Notes: generated from the sequence alone by a model not told the origin. DNA of 64,000 nucleotides from Octopus vulgaris (GCA_951406725.2 OX597830.1:73346001-73410000); one strand, 5' to 3'. Positions 25,555-40,437 are shown, counted from the first letter of the stretch. Made by a program: numbers and translations.

Positions 25555-26200
25555 TATATCGTTTCGAGTTACGTTTTTTCCCCATTTTTTCTCAATTTTT
25601 TTTCCATTTTGTTCTCAACTTCAATCTCTTTACATGATTTTGCCCTGATTTCATTGAACGTGTTTAAAAGCATATAAATATATATATATATATATATATT
25701 TTAATGACAACCAAAAACCGTGAAAAAACAAATCAGTACATGTGAAATATTTATAAAAACCACAGAAAAAGCTAATAAATTGCTGGCAACGTTTTTTTTT
25801 TTGTTGCTACGTCAATTCTGGTGTTGAGTCGCTTGTCTTAGAACCATTGATGAGCCTGTATTTTATTTTTACGAACCTACATACGTGAGGATATGGAAGT
25901 ATGCCTCAACTTATATCGTTTCGAGTTACGTTTTTTCCCACTTTACCTCGATTAAGTTTTGTATGCAATTAATGGTAAATAATCTGATTTATACTGACTT
26001 CATTGGACATATTTAAAAGCAAAAAAAATATACTTTTAAAACATGACAACCAAAGACATGAAAAAGCAAATCATGCAATGTCAATTTTCGAATTGAGTCG
26101 TATCTTAGAACCAATTACCGACGTAAGTTGAGATCATCCTGTGTCTTATTTTCGTGAGCCTACATATACGAGAACGTAGGACGTGTTACCACAGCTTCAC
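25555..26200. repeat. Diverged tandem duplication, period about 357 bp
   Basis: TATATCGTTTCGAGTTACGTTTTTTCCC at 25555 and 25912, followed by collinear blocks (TTTAAAAGCA, ATGACAACCAAA, TTGAGTCG, TCTTAGAACCA, CCTACATA). Confidence 0.85.
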
Positions 26201-26950
26201 TTTGGCCATACTATCACGCAGGCGTGTGTGTATCTAGACTCCAACTCCCTATCTCAACTCCCTAAGAATTGGGAAATAATTACATGGAGTGAAAACTTAA
26301 CTATTCATACATTATTTTGTATTATCTTATATGTTATAAAGTACATTCTACGAAACCCTGCAATGCTAAATACATATTAAAAGACCTCTATTCTCTGTGT
26401 CATTCCCTCCTTTTCTCTTAAGCATTCCATTCTCTGATCTCTTTCTGAAGAAAGTAGATAAAAAGAAAACCAACAATATATAAATATTACAAGTAAAATT
26501 ATAGATAAAACAAAAATGAAAAAAATATTGTTTTCAAGATTTCCCTGTATGATCGTGCCGTCATCTTTTGAAGTTGCCAACAACGTCTTTTGAAGATTTG
26601 TTGGTATATTGGATTACCTCCCCTACCAGATAATATTTTTGAGCTTGTTTATTATTTTATGTCGAGTCTATCAAAAGAACATTTCTTAATGAATTAATCC
26701 AGGCAAGAATGTGTTTTGTATGTACATGAATGTATTTACGTATCTGAGTAGTGTGTGCGTGTCTGTTTGTGCATGTGAGCTTCTGTGCCTGTTTATCTTA
26801 AGATCTAGCTGTACATACATATGATACAGTATGTTTCTGTATGCGTATATACATTTAGGTCTAGATCTACATAACCATAATGTGGTCTTCAAATAGCATG
26901 TGTGTCTGTGTCTCCCAGAATTCTGTTTTGTGCGCTTATGGATTTATCTC

Positions 26951-26986
<36 letters not shown>

Positions 26987-27089
26987 GAGAAAAATTCATA
27001 TGTTCACAAAGCATAAAATGCTGCCACGCACGCACACACACACACACATACACACACGCACACACACACACATTTATATATGTACATAT

Positions 27090-27240
27090 CACAACGAACA
27101 GGATGTGTTAGTTTAACGCTGCAGAAAAATGGAAGAAGTCTTTGACGTTTCGAGCCTACGTTCTTCTACTGAAGGAAATGAGGACGGAAAAGAAATGGGA
27201 AGGGAGAGAAAATAAGTGTCTCAATTAACGGTGCAACATA
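27090..27240 (-). mobile_element. Decayed copy of the hammerhead-bearing subfamily 2 element
   Basis: Minus strand CCTT-CAGTAGA-A-GAAC(GTAG)GCTC-GAAA-CG-TC-AAAG at 27140-27175. Confidence 0.65.
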
Positions 27241-27439
27241 TAGATACAGACCTGTTTTTTGTTTATCTTTTGCTTTTACCTGTTTCGGTCATTGGACAAA
27301 GGTTATACTGGGACACAGGCTTGAAGAATTTTAATCGGCTACAGTACTTATTTTATAAAGCCTGGTAATCAAGCTTTCAGATACTTTACTGAACCGCAAG
27401 GTTACAGTCGCGCTAACACAGTAACACTGGACTCTGACA

Positions 27440-28455
27440 GAACTGGACACTCAGAGATTAGCATCAGTAGGTCTCATAATGAACCACAAAAGAAAAAAGA
27501 AAAGAAAATATAAACGGTCGAAAGACAAACACGCAGCGGAATAGAGGTAGGAATCGATGAAATTGAGTCGGTGAAGAAATACCTCTACGCAAGGCACAGT
27601 TAGTATGCGCCAAGATATGGATGCTAAAATCTGAAAGAGAATAAGGGCAGGACGGATAGCACCAAGCTTTATAAAGGACTAGCTGTATCGCCCGGCGTTG
27701 CTCGGGTTTGTTTCGACCCTTTAGAATTGGAATGTTTGAAAAGTAAAAATTTTGCATCATGTTGCTTGTTATTCTCTTTAAGTGAACATTTTTCTGGCTG
27801 AAATACACCGAAAAATGGCGACACAGCAGTCAAAACATGGTACAAAATAGAGATTTTCATAGAAAAAAAAGCACCTTTTTGATGTAAATAAGTTTTGGCG
27901 TTAACTTGGTTCGATTTGAATTTTTTTCTTCTAGGGAAGGAAGAGCAAGCCTTCTTCCATCATACTCTCAATTTTGGTCAACTTGCGCCGCAGGTTCTCG
28001 GAGGAGATAGTGTTAGTTGAAGGCTACCAAACCTGCCATACACAGACAACTTCAGCATTATATATACAGATGTACTTAATACAAAGCTAGACGATGGTTA
28101 CTACGAAGAGGATAGAACATAGACTCTTTACGAAGCAAAGAGCTATAGAAAGACGTATGCTAGGAACATTATTACGAGAGCACATTCGAGATGAGATAAT
28201 TTGAGAACGGAACGGAGGGAAAGATGTGATAGCAGAATGCTGAAAAAAACCAAAAGTTTCACTAGGTCGGACATGTTGCAATATTCACAGACAACAGGTC
28301 AACCTTTGTATATTTGCGGAGTGGTAACCAAGAGATCGAAAAAGGCCACTTCGAACAGCTCTACGACGATGGGAAAACGATTTAATTAAGCAATTTGGAT
28401 CAAGATGGAAAGGAATGGCGCAATCAAAACAGAATTCGAAGCGCATTGTGACTAA
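27440..28455 (+). mobile_element. Decayed RTE-clade LINE 3' region, split by a Helitron
   Basis: Translates with stops and frameshifts as SVGLIMN..IEVGIDEIESVKKYLY..KRIRAG..IKD[Helitron]VLNTKLD..QRAIERRMLG..EHIRDEII..VGHVA..DNR..EW*PRDRKRP..RRWENDL. These motifs are typical of the RTE ORF C-terminus. Confidence 0.85.
27679..28070 (-). mobile_element. Non-autonomous Helitron, 392 bp
   Basis: TC start, CTAG end and hairpin CCCGGCGTTGCTCGGG. Inserted exactly between A and T with no TSD. Confidence 0.95.
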
Positions 28456-28502
28456 CTTTGTATAAGAGCATCTAATGGTCTGGTTGATACGGCGATAAGC
28501 AG

Positions 28503-28590
<88 letters not shown>

Positions 28591-29074
28591 ATCATTATAT
28601 GTATCGGCGTTGTCAGCAGTATTTTCAGGGATTCATGATCGATGCCATTGATAAATCCAAATATAGAAATGTTCCGTTTCTGTCTAGTCTGGATTTTACA
28701 TTCAATGTTTTGATCGCCCACGTACATAATTATATATATATATATCTATGTGTATACAGCGTGCGCGCGGGCGTATTCTGTTAATATGCATACGATGTAA
28801 ATGCGAGCTAGTATAGGTTTCCTGCGTCAAATAATCTCATGGTCGAACGAACTGGTATTGCGTGCCGTGTATTATCGGACAATCACTGAAGCTCAAAAAA
28901 TGAGGTTTAGCTCACTCTCTGGATGAAGTTTAATTTTGCTGATTTTGCCCACAACAAAGCAGTAGCGTGTTTGTATGTGTGTGTGGGGGGGTGGGTGGGG
29001 GTAGGGTGTATTTATGTATGTGTGTGCATTTATATTGATAGATAGATAGATAAATTGACAGACAGATAGATAGG

Positions 29075-29146
<72 letters not shown>

Positions 29147-29734
29147 CAGACAGACATGAATACACGCATTTATACATATATTAGCAATGTTATCTGTAAG
29201 AGTTAATCTCTTACTTGGTTTGCAATAAGAAAGATTTCTATTGCTGAGTTTTATGCAACAAACGCAAAAATATTACAGGCTGAATTCTTGAAAAACTGTA
29301 TTTGCAAACAGCACGGTTGACAATAGGTTCATTAACTCAAAGTTCTACCTTTTGTATGAGTAGAAGTAAGACGTTTCCTATCATACCTAACTAACTTCAG
29401 CAATATTTAACTGTTTAAAAGGTAATTTGTAATCTCGTTAATTTTGACAGATATTTTCAATGTTCTCTGTATCAAATGCCTATAGTAACTGTGGTAGTAC
29501 AAAATTTGTCTTCATTTATTCGAACACAGAGACCTGGTTAGTTATGTTTCTGTGTGTGTATTTGTTAGCGCATGGGCTTGTATAAACGTAATATTACATT
29601 CATAAGATACTCATAGATATCAGTGTGTGTGTGTGCGCGTGTTTTGATAGATAGAGAGAAGTGGTGAAAGAGAGAGACATACATACACACACACGCTCAC
29701 ACACACACTCACACACACACGCTCACACACACAT

Positions 29735-29819
<85 letters not shown>

Positions 29820-30231
29820 TTGTATGTGTGCAGGTGAAAGTTTATATGGGTATACATATTCACTAATGTACGTATACGCATGAATGTGAAAGATTACCCA
29901 TGTATGTTTGATATCTCCTCATACTGCGGTGATTTTCCAACCTGTGAGATTCATGCCATAGGACAATGATATCCAATCAAATTTAAAACTATACTCTATA
30001 GTATGTATTGAGTAACCTCTTTCTCTTTCTGAAAGATAAACTGGAACATTTGAATATATATACAGAGAAAGACGCATACATATGATGTATGTATGTATAT
30101 ATAAATATACATACATGCATATAAATATTGAGATATACATACATACATACATACACACATACATACATACACACATACATACATACATATATACATACAT
30201 ACATACATACATACATACATACATACATACA

Positions 30232-30262
<31 letters not shown>

Positions 30263-30473
30263 GGCCTTAATGCGTTTGATCATATCTGTCGCTGCGATCA
30301 CGAAAGATCCCGGGTTAAAACATCAGCATCAAGGAATAGATCGATATAATCGATATAGTTCTTCTGAAGAGAATTTGGAAGTTTTGTATCATCTATGAAT
30401 CAGCAATTTTTGCTCTTTGCCTCTGTCTTCATCTCCGTGTTATTGTTTTTGCTGTTGTTATTGTTATTATTGT

Positions 30474-30730
30474 GGTGGCGCGTGGCTTAGTGGTTAGGGT
30501 GTCGGCATCATGATCGTAAGATTATGGTTTCGATTCCTGGATCGGGCGACGCGTTGTTTTCTTGAGCAAAGCACTTCATTTTACGTTGCTCCAGTCCACT
30601 CAGCTGGCAATAATGAGTAACGCTGCGATGGACTGGCGTCCCGTCCACCTGGGGAACACATACGCTATTGAAACCGGGAAACCAGGCCCTCGAGCCTGGC
30701 TAGGCTTTAAAAGGGCTCATTTATTATTAT
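30474..30730 (+). mobile_element. SINE family C, tail type 1 (V-domain-like)
   Basis: Same tRNA/CORE-like head as 24290, then GCGATGGACTGGCGTCCCGTCC and a (TTA)n tail. Confidence 0.8.
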
Positions 30731-31701
30731 TATTATTGTTGTTGTTGTTGTGTTGTCGTTGTCGTTGTTGTTGTTGTCGTTGTTGTTGCTGTTGTTGTTG
30801 TTGTTTTTATTGATGATGTTGGTAACGATGATGATGGCGACGACGACGACCACGCCGATGATGACGCTGACAACGACGGTGACTTGGGGTCTCGTCAGTT
30901 TTTACTTTTCATGCCTCTCGGCTCGATAGAATATGATACTAGTCATATACTAAAGTCGTCGTAATCGACTTAGTGTCCACCCTTAAATAATTACTGTCCA
31001 TTTATTTAAATTATCTAAATGAATTCTTTCCCATAAGGCAGTAGACTGTTAGAATAGTTAACGTGTCGAATAAAGAGCTTTGCGTTGTTTCTTCCGGATA
31101 CTTACGTTCCACGTTCAGATCTCGCAGAGGCCAAGTTCGACTTTCGTCCCTTTTAAGTCACGTTATGTATTACATGTTTAAATATTAATTGTCATTGATA
31201 TCAACTTCGCACTCCTCAAAACTGTTGATCTTCTGCGAAAATTGAACGCAATCCAGTAGACAATATGAACCCAACCTGTCAAGCCCGAATAATTAAGAGT
31301 GTGATGAAAACAATGGCTATTTGAAATAAACAGTGTGTTTGAATGAGTGTGAGTGTGCGCGTGTGAGTGTGTGGATGACAACCTAACACACTCACAAATC
31401 TGCAGGGAGTAGAATCTTGACCTTAGATTTTGTTAATACCTATATGAAAGCGTGCATAATTCTCTATATCTCTAACCAATACACAGACATTAGTGCTGTA
31501 GTTAGCTTTCGTTACTACTCAAAATACAAGGTACTTCAATCTGTTAAAAATAGGTTCTAAGCTCCTGCTAATACGCAAACAAACAAACGCATTGGTAGAC
31601 ACCCCTCGTTAAGAAAGCAATAAACAGAACAAAGTTTGTTAACATCTGCAAATTCACAAGCATAAGGATAAGATGATAGCGATAGCTCGCTACTGTAAAA
31701 A

Positions 31702-31761
<60 letters not shown>

Positions 31762-32996
31762 ACGCGCATGTAGGATGAATTCAGATTGTGCAAATTAAGC
31801 AGCACTATTATGTAAAAATACGTTATTTGTTTAAATGCCAGAAGCTGCGGTTTTCCCTCCGAGAAAATCCTTTTATACACGTATGAAGTTAAAAAGTAAC
31901 TACAATATAATTTCAAAACTGGATGAAATGAAATCGGTCCAGCAGTGACCGCGGGAGCGCCAGAGAACGTACTTCGCTAAAATTGCGCCTTATCAATTTC
32001 GTATACTCGTATCACTTCCGAAACGAAATCGAAAACGTTATTCTGAAGCATATACAGATAGTGTACGAACTGTTTTCTAGTTTTGCTTCTTCCGCTGCGC
32101 TGGCAATTTCAAATGTTTAAACATTTCATGTTTAAACAATATTTCATATTGTGTTTCTGTATGTCCGTAAATTAGTGGTTCAACGGATAGATATTTTAAG
32201 AATAAATTTCAGAGTCGTGTTTGTCTAGCAATGGAACTAACTGTAACAGTGACGAGGTCGATAATTTTTACATCTAAAAATGACAAAAATAGAAAGAATA
32301 TTAATCGGATATTCACGATCTAAAATTATTATCATATTCAAATAACTACAAAGACCCATATGATCGATGAAAGTTTTGATGGTTTTATGTCAGAATGAGT
32401 AAAGTCAAGAAAATAGAATGTAACATTCCTGTGTGGCTTATATAGTAATAAGTCTGCTCCCCAGCTACAAGGTTCGTGGGTGGAGAGTTGGATGAAAAAT
32501 AAACCAGCCAATGGCGTGAGTTTGTTTAGAGTGGAGATCTACTTGCCAAGGTGGTCTCCACTCACTACGGTCCAAAATCCTTCTTCTGGCCAACTAACTT
32601 GAGCGACATGCGAGCTTCGGAAGATGTGTTGAAATGGAATGCCGTTGGCTTCTACGTCATTAGAGTTGCGACTTTCTAGCCAGTCCGTCTGACATCGTAC
32701 TCTTCCGCTGTGATCAGTCGTTGAGTTCGGACATCTAGCTTCCTCCACATGATACAGCGTTGGAGGGTCTTAGTTTGGTATGGTGAGGGACAAGGACAAC
32801 GCCCCTGTGTCCTTGTTTGAATAGATTTTGTTTTTAGTTCTGATGGGTGCCCTAACAAATGGGTGGCTCCAAGATTCAGCAAGCTAAACCAAGAAGGGAG
32901 CCAGTTTAGTCGCCGACGATCCGACCATGGCTGAGAGGAGCGGGAGTACATGGTTGTCTCCAGGAAGAGACCTCAGCACCACAATACGCACGCACG

Positions 32997-33062
<66 letters not shown>

Positions 33063-33289
33063 CACACACAGAGAGGCAAAAGATGAGAGCTAGGTCTAAG
33101 TAAGGTTACATTTAGAAAACTTTCTTGTGATTCAAGGGATTCGAAATTAAACTCCTCCTATGCCGAGGCCCCTAGCATCAGTAGTGGCTATAATAGAAAC
33201 CCCAGTCTAGCCGATAATTATATATGTGCACATATATGTGTGTGTGTGTGCATGTGTGTTTGCGTGTGTATGTATTTGTTCACACGTAT

Positions 33290-33336
<47 letters not shown>

Positions 33337-33452
33337 GAAAGAGAGAGAGAGAGCGAGATACAAACATACATATATACATATATATATATATTATTTTGTA
33401 TATACGTCTACATACATATACGCAAAACACACACACACACACACACACACAT

Positions 33453-33498
<46 letters not shown>

Positions 33499-33573
33499 TG
33501 CTAATGTTTTCTACAATACATGCCAAATTTCTATTATAGATCAGAATAATGGAGGTCTTTTTCGTTTTTTTTT

Positions 33574-33610
<37 letters not shown>

Positions 33611-33846
33611 TTTATCCTTTTTCTCTCTCTCTTTTCTCTTCCTTGAGTTTGTGATGGAATAGTGTTGTCTCTGAGGATCCATCACAGAATCGAATGGTTG
33701 ACCATGCTTGAAATAAATTCGTCCAAGAGTAAAATGGTATACTGTGTCGCTGGAATTAGACCGTTACCTGATTAGTTGTATGTGGCGGTGGCGAAGAAAG
33801 GGAGCTGCGGTAGTAGTGTTGGCGGTGAAGGTGATCAGTGTGTGTG

Positions 33847-33882
<36 letters not shown>

Positions 33883-33906
33883 TCATTGCATTTGTGTGGA
33901 TATGTG

Positions 33907-33942
<36 letters not shown>

Positions 33943-34039
33943 TCATTGCATATGTGTGGATATAGGCTTTGGTGGTAGAAGTGATGTTGGTGCATGAATA
34001 TTACTTGGCATGTATGTATGCGTGTGTCTCGTGGAGGTG

Positions 34040-34222
34040 TGGTGGTGTTAGTGGTGGTGGTGGTGGTGGTGGTGGTGGTGGTGGTGGTGAGACTACGTGT
34101 GAAAGAAGCGCGGGCGCGTGTGTGTACGTGGATGCGCGTATGTTGTTCAGAAATCGTAACGTTGATATCGGCAGTACCTATTAGCAGCTGCACTAACACC
34201 AGCAGCAGCAGCAGCAGCAGTG

Positions 34223-34280
<58 letters not shown>

Positions 34281-34466
34281 AGGTGGTGGTGGTAGTAGTG
34301 GTGGTGGTGGTAGTGGTGGTAGGGGCGGTTGTGCTATTGCTCCAAAGGGCGGTGGTGTAGATGATGATGCTGGTAATGGTAATGGTGGTAGTGGCGTCAG
34401 CTGACCCAGTAGTAATAGTGGTAGTGGTGGTGCTGGTAGTGGTAGTGGCTGTGGTGCTTGTGGTGT

Positions 34467-34505
<39 letters not shown>

Positions 34506-34654
34506 CGGTGGATGTGGTGGGTGATGTTAATGGCGATAGTGGCGTCATCTGACCCAGTAGTAGTAGTAGTAGTGGTGTTGGTGATGCTGGTAGTGGTAGT
34601 GGCGATGGTTGTGGTAGTAGTAGTAGTATTAGTATTAGTAGTGGTAGCAGCAGC

Positions 34655-34713
<59 letters not shown>

Positions 34714-35240
34714 AAGTAGTAGTAGTAGTAGTAGTAGGTGGCGGTGGTTGAGGTAGTAGTGGTGCTGGTCATAGCAGCAGCAGCAGCAGCTACAGCAGCA
34801 ACAGTAGCAGCTGTTGGTAAGTTCGGTGCTGTTGTTGTTGTTGTTGTTGTAGTTGATTAGTTTCTAAATGCAGTTGCCTTCAACTGTGACGTTGTATTGC
34901 CAAGTCCCCGGACGTGAGCTGTATGAATGAGCGATGACCTGATGGTTTTACTCCATAGATTTTTGTATTTCTAATTGTGTGTTTCCATTGTTGTAGTTGT
35001 TGTTGTCGTCGTTGTTGTGGTTGTTGTTGTTGTTGTTGTTGTTCTTGCTGTTGTTGTTGTTGTTGTTGTTGTTATTGTTTTGTCGCTGTGTGTTTGTTTT
35101 CTATTTGTTTTGTTTATTCTTAGAGAGTGGGGTGGAATTGTGGAGGAGACATTGATTGTTGGTAAGTCGTAGCCGTTGGCGTGGTGGTGGTGGGGAATGG
35201 GGTGGTGGGGGGTGGTGGTGGTGGTGGTGGTGGCGATTGT
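34040..35240. repeat. Compound trinucleotide low-complexity tract (GGT/GTA/GCA/GTT)
   Basis: Direct reading; includes the duplicated anchor GTGGCGTCA(G/T)CTGACCCAGTAG near 34390 and 34540. Confidence 0.9.
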
Positions 35241-35419
35241 GATGTTTGTGATCTCCGAAACAGGAGCACGTCGTTAAAATTTCCGAAAATTGCATTTCAG
35301 GTCGAATATTGAAATTGCATGTGTATGTATGTATGTATGTATACATGTATGTATGTATATATGTATGTAGATATGTGTATAAGTGTGTGTAGGTTTCTAA
35401 GTACATCTATACGTATGTA

Positions 35420-35610
<191 letters not shown>

Positions 35611-35615
35611 CCATA

Positions 35616-35649
<34 letters not shown>

Positions 35650-36129
35650 CCTATAAACATATATATAATATATGTATGTAGGTATGTATATATATATGTG
35701 GATGTGTGTGTATATATATATTGTGCATGTATACCCAGATGTACGACGACCTCTGTTTGAGTTAGAACTCTTCGTAGATTACCATTATCCGGTCGGCTTC
35801 CTGTATAGTGGTTAGTCGACCACAGTAATTAGGAGCGTTGCTAGACATGTTCTCCAACACACACACACACACGCATACACACACACACACACTTATGTGC
35901 GTGTCTATGTGTTATGCATGCGTGTATGTATGTGATTATTACTTTATTGAGAACAAAAGCGTTATGACATACACCTGGAGAGTACTCAATACGAATTGTA
36001 GAGTAAATATCTTTTACAATGAAATAATTTACGAGAATTGACTTGATTACTATTTCAAACGATAACGGTGCACGCGTGTCTATGTGGCAAGAATTCTCTT
36101 TTCCGACCTCATGGTTTTGGTGTCTGGGT

Positions 36130-36375
36130 GCGGATGGGTGAGTAGGGACGTATCTGTTTGTGTTTTGTCCCCCCACACCATCACCACTTTGACCAAATGA
36201 CGTTGGTTTGTTCACATATCTTGGCGTTTCGGCAAATCAGAACCAAAGAATACGTAACAAACTTTAAAAAGAAGCATATATATTGGGGTCGATTTTCCTA
36301 TCGAAAGCACTTCACTAAGGTGCCCCAGCATGACCGCATGGCCGCACTCCAATGACTGACACAAGCGAAACAAAC
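36130..36375 (+). mobile_element. SINE family A, diverged 3' half
   Basis: TTTGTCCCCC..TTCGGCAAA..GGGGTCGAT..GTGCCCCAGCATG. Confidence 0.75.
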
Positions 36376-36459
36376 ACAGGATAATAAAAATTTAAACACA
36401 AAAAAAAATATGCATGCAACAAAAAGGGTGGGCCTGTTCTGTTCTTTTTCATTTGCTCT

Positions 36460-36656
36460 TACTCTTTCCCTTGTTTCAGTCATTTGACTGCGACTATGCT
36501 GGAGTACCGCCTTTATCGAAGGAATCTTTGGAAGCCTAGTACGTATTCTATCGATCTTTTTTACCGAACTGCTACTGTTACGGGGACGTAAGTACACCAA
36601 CATCGATTGCCAAGCGATGGTGGGGGGACAAACACACACATATGTATCTGTGTATG

Positions 36657-36693
<37 letters not shown>

Positions 36694-36850
36694 ACACACA
36701 CATGGGGCTACTTTTAGTTTGCGTCTACCAAATCCACTCACAGGCTTTGGCTTGCCCGAGGCTATATTAAAAGACGCCCAAGGCAGTGGGACTGAGCCCG
36801 GAACCATGTGATAAGCAAGGAAGCTTCTTGCCACACAGCCACGCCTGCAT
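36460..36850 (-). mobile_element. SINE family A, full length
   Basis: Reverse complement of family A. Confidence 0.9.
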
Positions 36851-37462
36851 CTGTTTTTCTTGTTTTGCCCCCCTCCCTTGTTTTGAGTCTGCTTCAGTAG
36901 CGATAAACTGAGCCTTAAAACAACAAGAAAACACACCAACAACATTAACAAACAATAAGGGCCCTAATGAAGTTTGGTGGGATAGGCTGAATGAGTAAAT
37001 GTATCGTCATTTTACGATAGTATTTCAAAAGCAGACTCTGTTGATCAGCATAATGGGAAAAGAGATTGTCATTGTTCTTTTACGGAAACCTCTGCTTTGA
37101 ACGGAACCAAATCGGAATCTCTTCGTACTCATTGTTTGAATCCTGAATGTGCGACTGGGTGAAGTTTGGGAATGACATTTAGCTAAAGCAATGCAATCAT
37201 AAGCGCATAACCACACATACGCAAACACACGTGCGCGAGCTCGTACGTACGTGTACGTACGCAGGCGCACAAAGACACCGAGGCACGTCTAGATTAAACA
37301 GCCAAACATCTAGTGGTATTTAATTGTACCTCTCACTCTTTCCCCGTTAGTCTTTCGTTTTCACTCTCTCAGTCTCTCCCTTTCCCTCTCTCACTCTGTC
37401 TTCATTTATCCAATTATCTGTATATTTCTATCTCTGTCATAACATCCTGCATATGATTATAT

Positions 37463-37493
<31 letters not shown>

Positions 37494-37610
37494 ATATATA
37501 TGTATATACATACATTATTTATATACACATGTATGTTTATTGACATGTATATATACATGTATATATTTATTTGTTGCATATATAAATGCATATATATGTA
37601 TATTTTACAA

Positions 37611-37642
<32 letters not shown>

Positions 37643-37767
37643 ACACACACACACATATATATATATGCACACATACATTTATGTGTTAAAATCTGTGTGC
37701 TTGATTATATAAAAACACATACATACGTACATACATACATACATACATACATACGTACATACATACA

Positions 37768-37798
<31 letters not shown>

Positions 37799-38487
37799 TC
37801 ATTGGCAAATAGGTGGATGAATAAAAAAAAAAGAATCCTAAATTGATTTATGATTGAAATGAGTGACAGCCTCGAATGCACTTTGCCCCTCTTTATCTAA
37901 CGATCCATACGGACGCTGTATTCGTTCATTAAAACATCAAAAGACATCAAAGACTACGATTTACCAATTCCAGACAATGGGAAACTAGAACTATTTTAGA
38001 AGCGTCAAAGATCGGTTCGGAATGTACAAAGAAGAGCGCCTTATTTTCCTTAATAATACCAACAAACATCAAAGACTTGCATTCATGACAAATATTTGGA
38101 ACAAGCTACTCTCACACGCACACAGACGGACACACGGACACACGCATAAATGCGTACGCACACATGCATACGCACACATATACACGCGCACACTCACGCA
38201 CAAGCACTGCGTATATATATATATGAATCGTTTTTTTTTTATGTGTGTATGGAGAAAACGAAATAGTAACATATGCATACGTAAAGTATATGTAATTATG
38301 TATATGTATGACATACAAACATACATATATATATATATGTATGTGTGTATATACACACATATATATATACATATATATATGTATATGTGTATGTATGTAT
38401 ATGTATATATATATATGTATGTGTGTGTATATATATGCATATATATATGTGTGTGTGTGTGTGTGTATACACATACATATGCATATA

Positions 38488-38556
<69 letters not shown>

Positions 38557-38926
38557 GTCTGTATGTATATATTCTAGCACAGGCGTATATAAATACCTTG
38601 CTTTTCCCATTCTAGAGTTTGTTTATTTGTATATTTCTGCATTGCTTTTCGTTTTTCTTTTCCCATTTTTTTGTCCACCCTCCGCAATCGTGCCTCCACA
38701 TTCAGTAAATAAGTATAGAAACATCGCTATCGAAATTGAATTTTATAACCTTATAAATATAAATATATATATATATCTTCTACATAATATCACTCTATTG
38801 TGATAAATGTTGCTAGTATATCGCATGATATAACTAATAATATTTTGATATCATTATGGAGCATTTCACGCCTACGATTTAAAGATAATTTTCAAAGAGC
38901 AACTATATATATGACAAGAGACAATC

Positions 38927-39047
<121 letters not shown>

Positions 39048-39425
39048 TGTATACATGTGTATACTGGCATACATATATCTGTGTATAATCGATAAATTGT
39101 CCTTTTCAAACGCTTACGTCGACTTTTATTCCTCTCCTTTCTTTGCTCAGCAACAACAATGTAAAAATGCTATCTTTCATGCATGTATCTGTACACACAC
39201 ACACAGACACACACACACACACACACTCATAAACTCACACACGCACGCACGCAAGCACATATTGATCTATTTATTAATGGAAATACTATCACGCTGGTGT
39301 TTGTATGTACGTATGTATGTGTGTATGTGTGTGTGTATGTATAGTATGTATGTATGTATGTATGCGCGTACCTACGTATGTATGTATGTATGTATGTATG
39401 TATGCGTGTACCTACGTATGTATGC

Positions 39426-39458
<33 letters not shown>

Positions 39459-40224
39459 TGTATGTATGTATGTATGTATATATGTATGTATGTAGGATTC
39501 GTGAGTGCGTGTTTGTATTTCTTTCTGCTCCTATAAACAAATACACGTACACACACACACACATACATACATACATACATACATACATACATACACACAT
39601 ACACACACACACACACACACACAAACAAATACACACACTTGAAGAATTCGTATGTTTGTGATTATATTTGTAACTCTTCCATAATTTTCTATATAGTTTA
39701 ATGACCGATTGTGTATGTGTGTATGTGTGCTTGGTAATACGTGTGCGCCTGAACGTGTGTGCGAGAGTTTGCACACGAACTCCCTCATCACACACACACA
39801 CACAAACACACAGATACACACACACATATAAACATACACACATTCACTCATAGACACATATATGCAAACCAGCTTACACACACCTGATCACACTTGTGTG
39901 CGTGCGTATGTATCTGTGTGTTTGTTGTTGAAGGGATTAATTGTGTGTGTGTATCTGTGTGTGTGTGTGTGTGTGTGTGCGTGTGTGTGTGTGTATCTGT
40001 GTGTGTGTGTTTGCTCTGTGTAATATGTTTTAGCATAGGTATTACTCTGTGTCATATGTCTTACCATATTTACATCAATGTTTTGATATTCTACTTCGTA
40101 CCCGTCTAGGACTCACATACATACACTCATACATACATACATACATACATACATACATACATACATACATACATACATACATACATACATACATACACAT
40201 ATACATACACACAAACACACGTAC

Positions 40225-40425
40225 TCTTTTACGTGTTTCAGTTATTTGATTACGCTTTTAGCCGATCAAATCCACCGCAGGACTTAATCTTTGTAAGCCA
40301 AGTACTTATTCCATCAGTTTCCTTTACCGAACCGTTAAGTTACGGGGACGTAAACACACCAACATCGGTTATCAAGCTATGGTGGGCTGGGGTGGGGGGA
40401 TAAACACAGACACACAAATACATAC
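40225..40425 (-). mobile_element. SINE family A, 3' half
   Basis: CCGAACCGTTAAGTTACGGGGACGTAAACACACC. Confidence 0.85.
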
Positions 40426-40437
40426 ATGGGTATATTT

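Noticed and set aside
30474-30545. tRNA-like sequences with A/B boxes (also at all SINE heads)
   Set aside because: They are SINE heads followed by SINE bodies, not tRNA genes.
33680-33715. CTGAGGA...GAAT, possible hammerhead
   Set aside because: GAAA and stem III are absent and pairing is weak.
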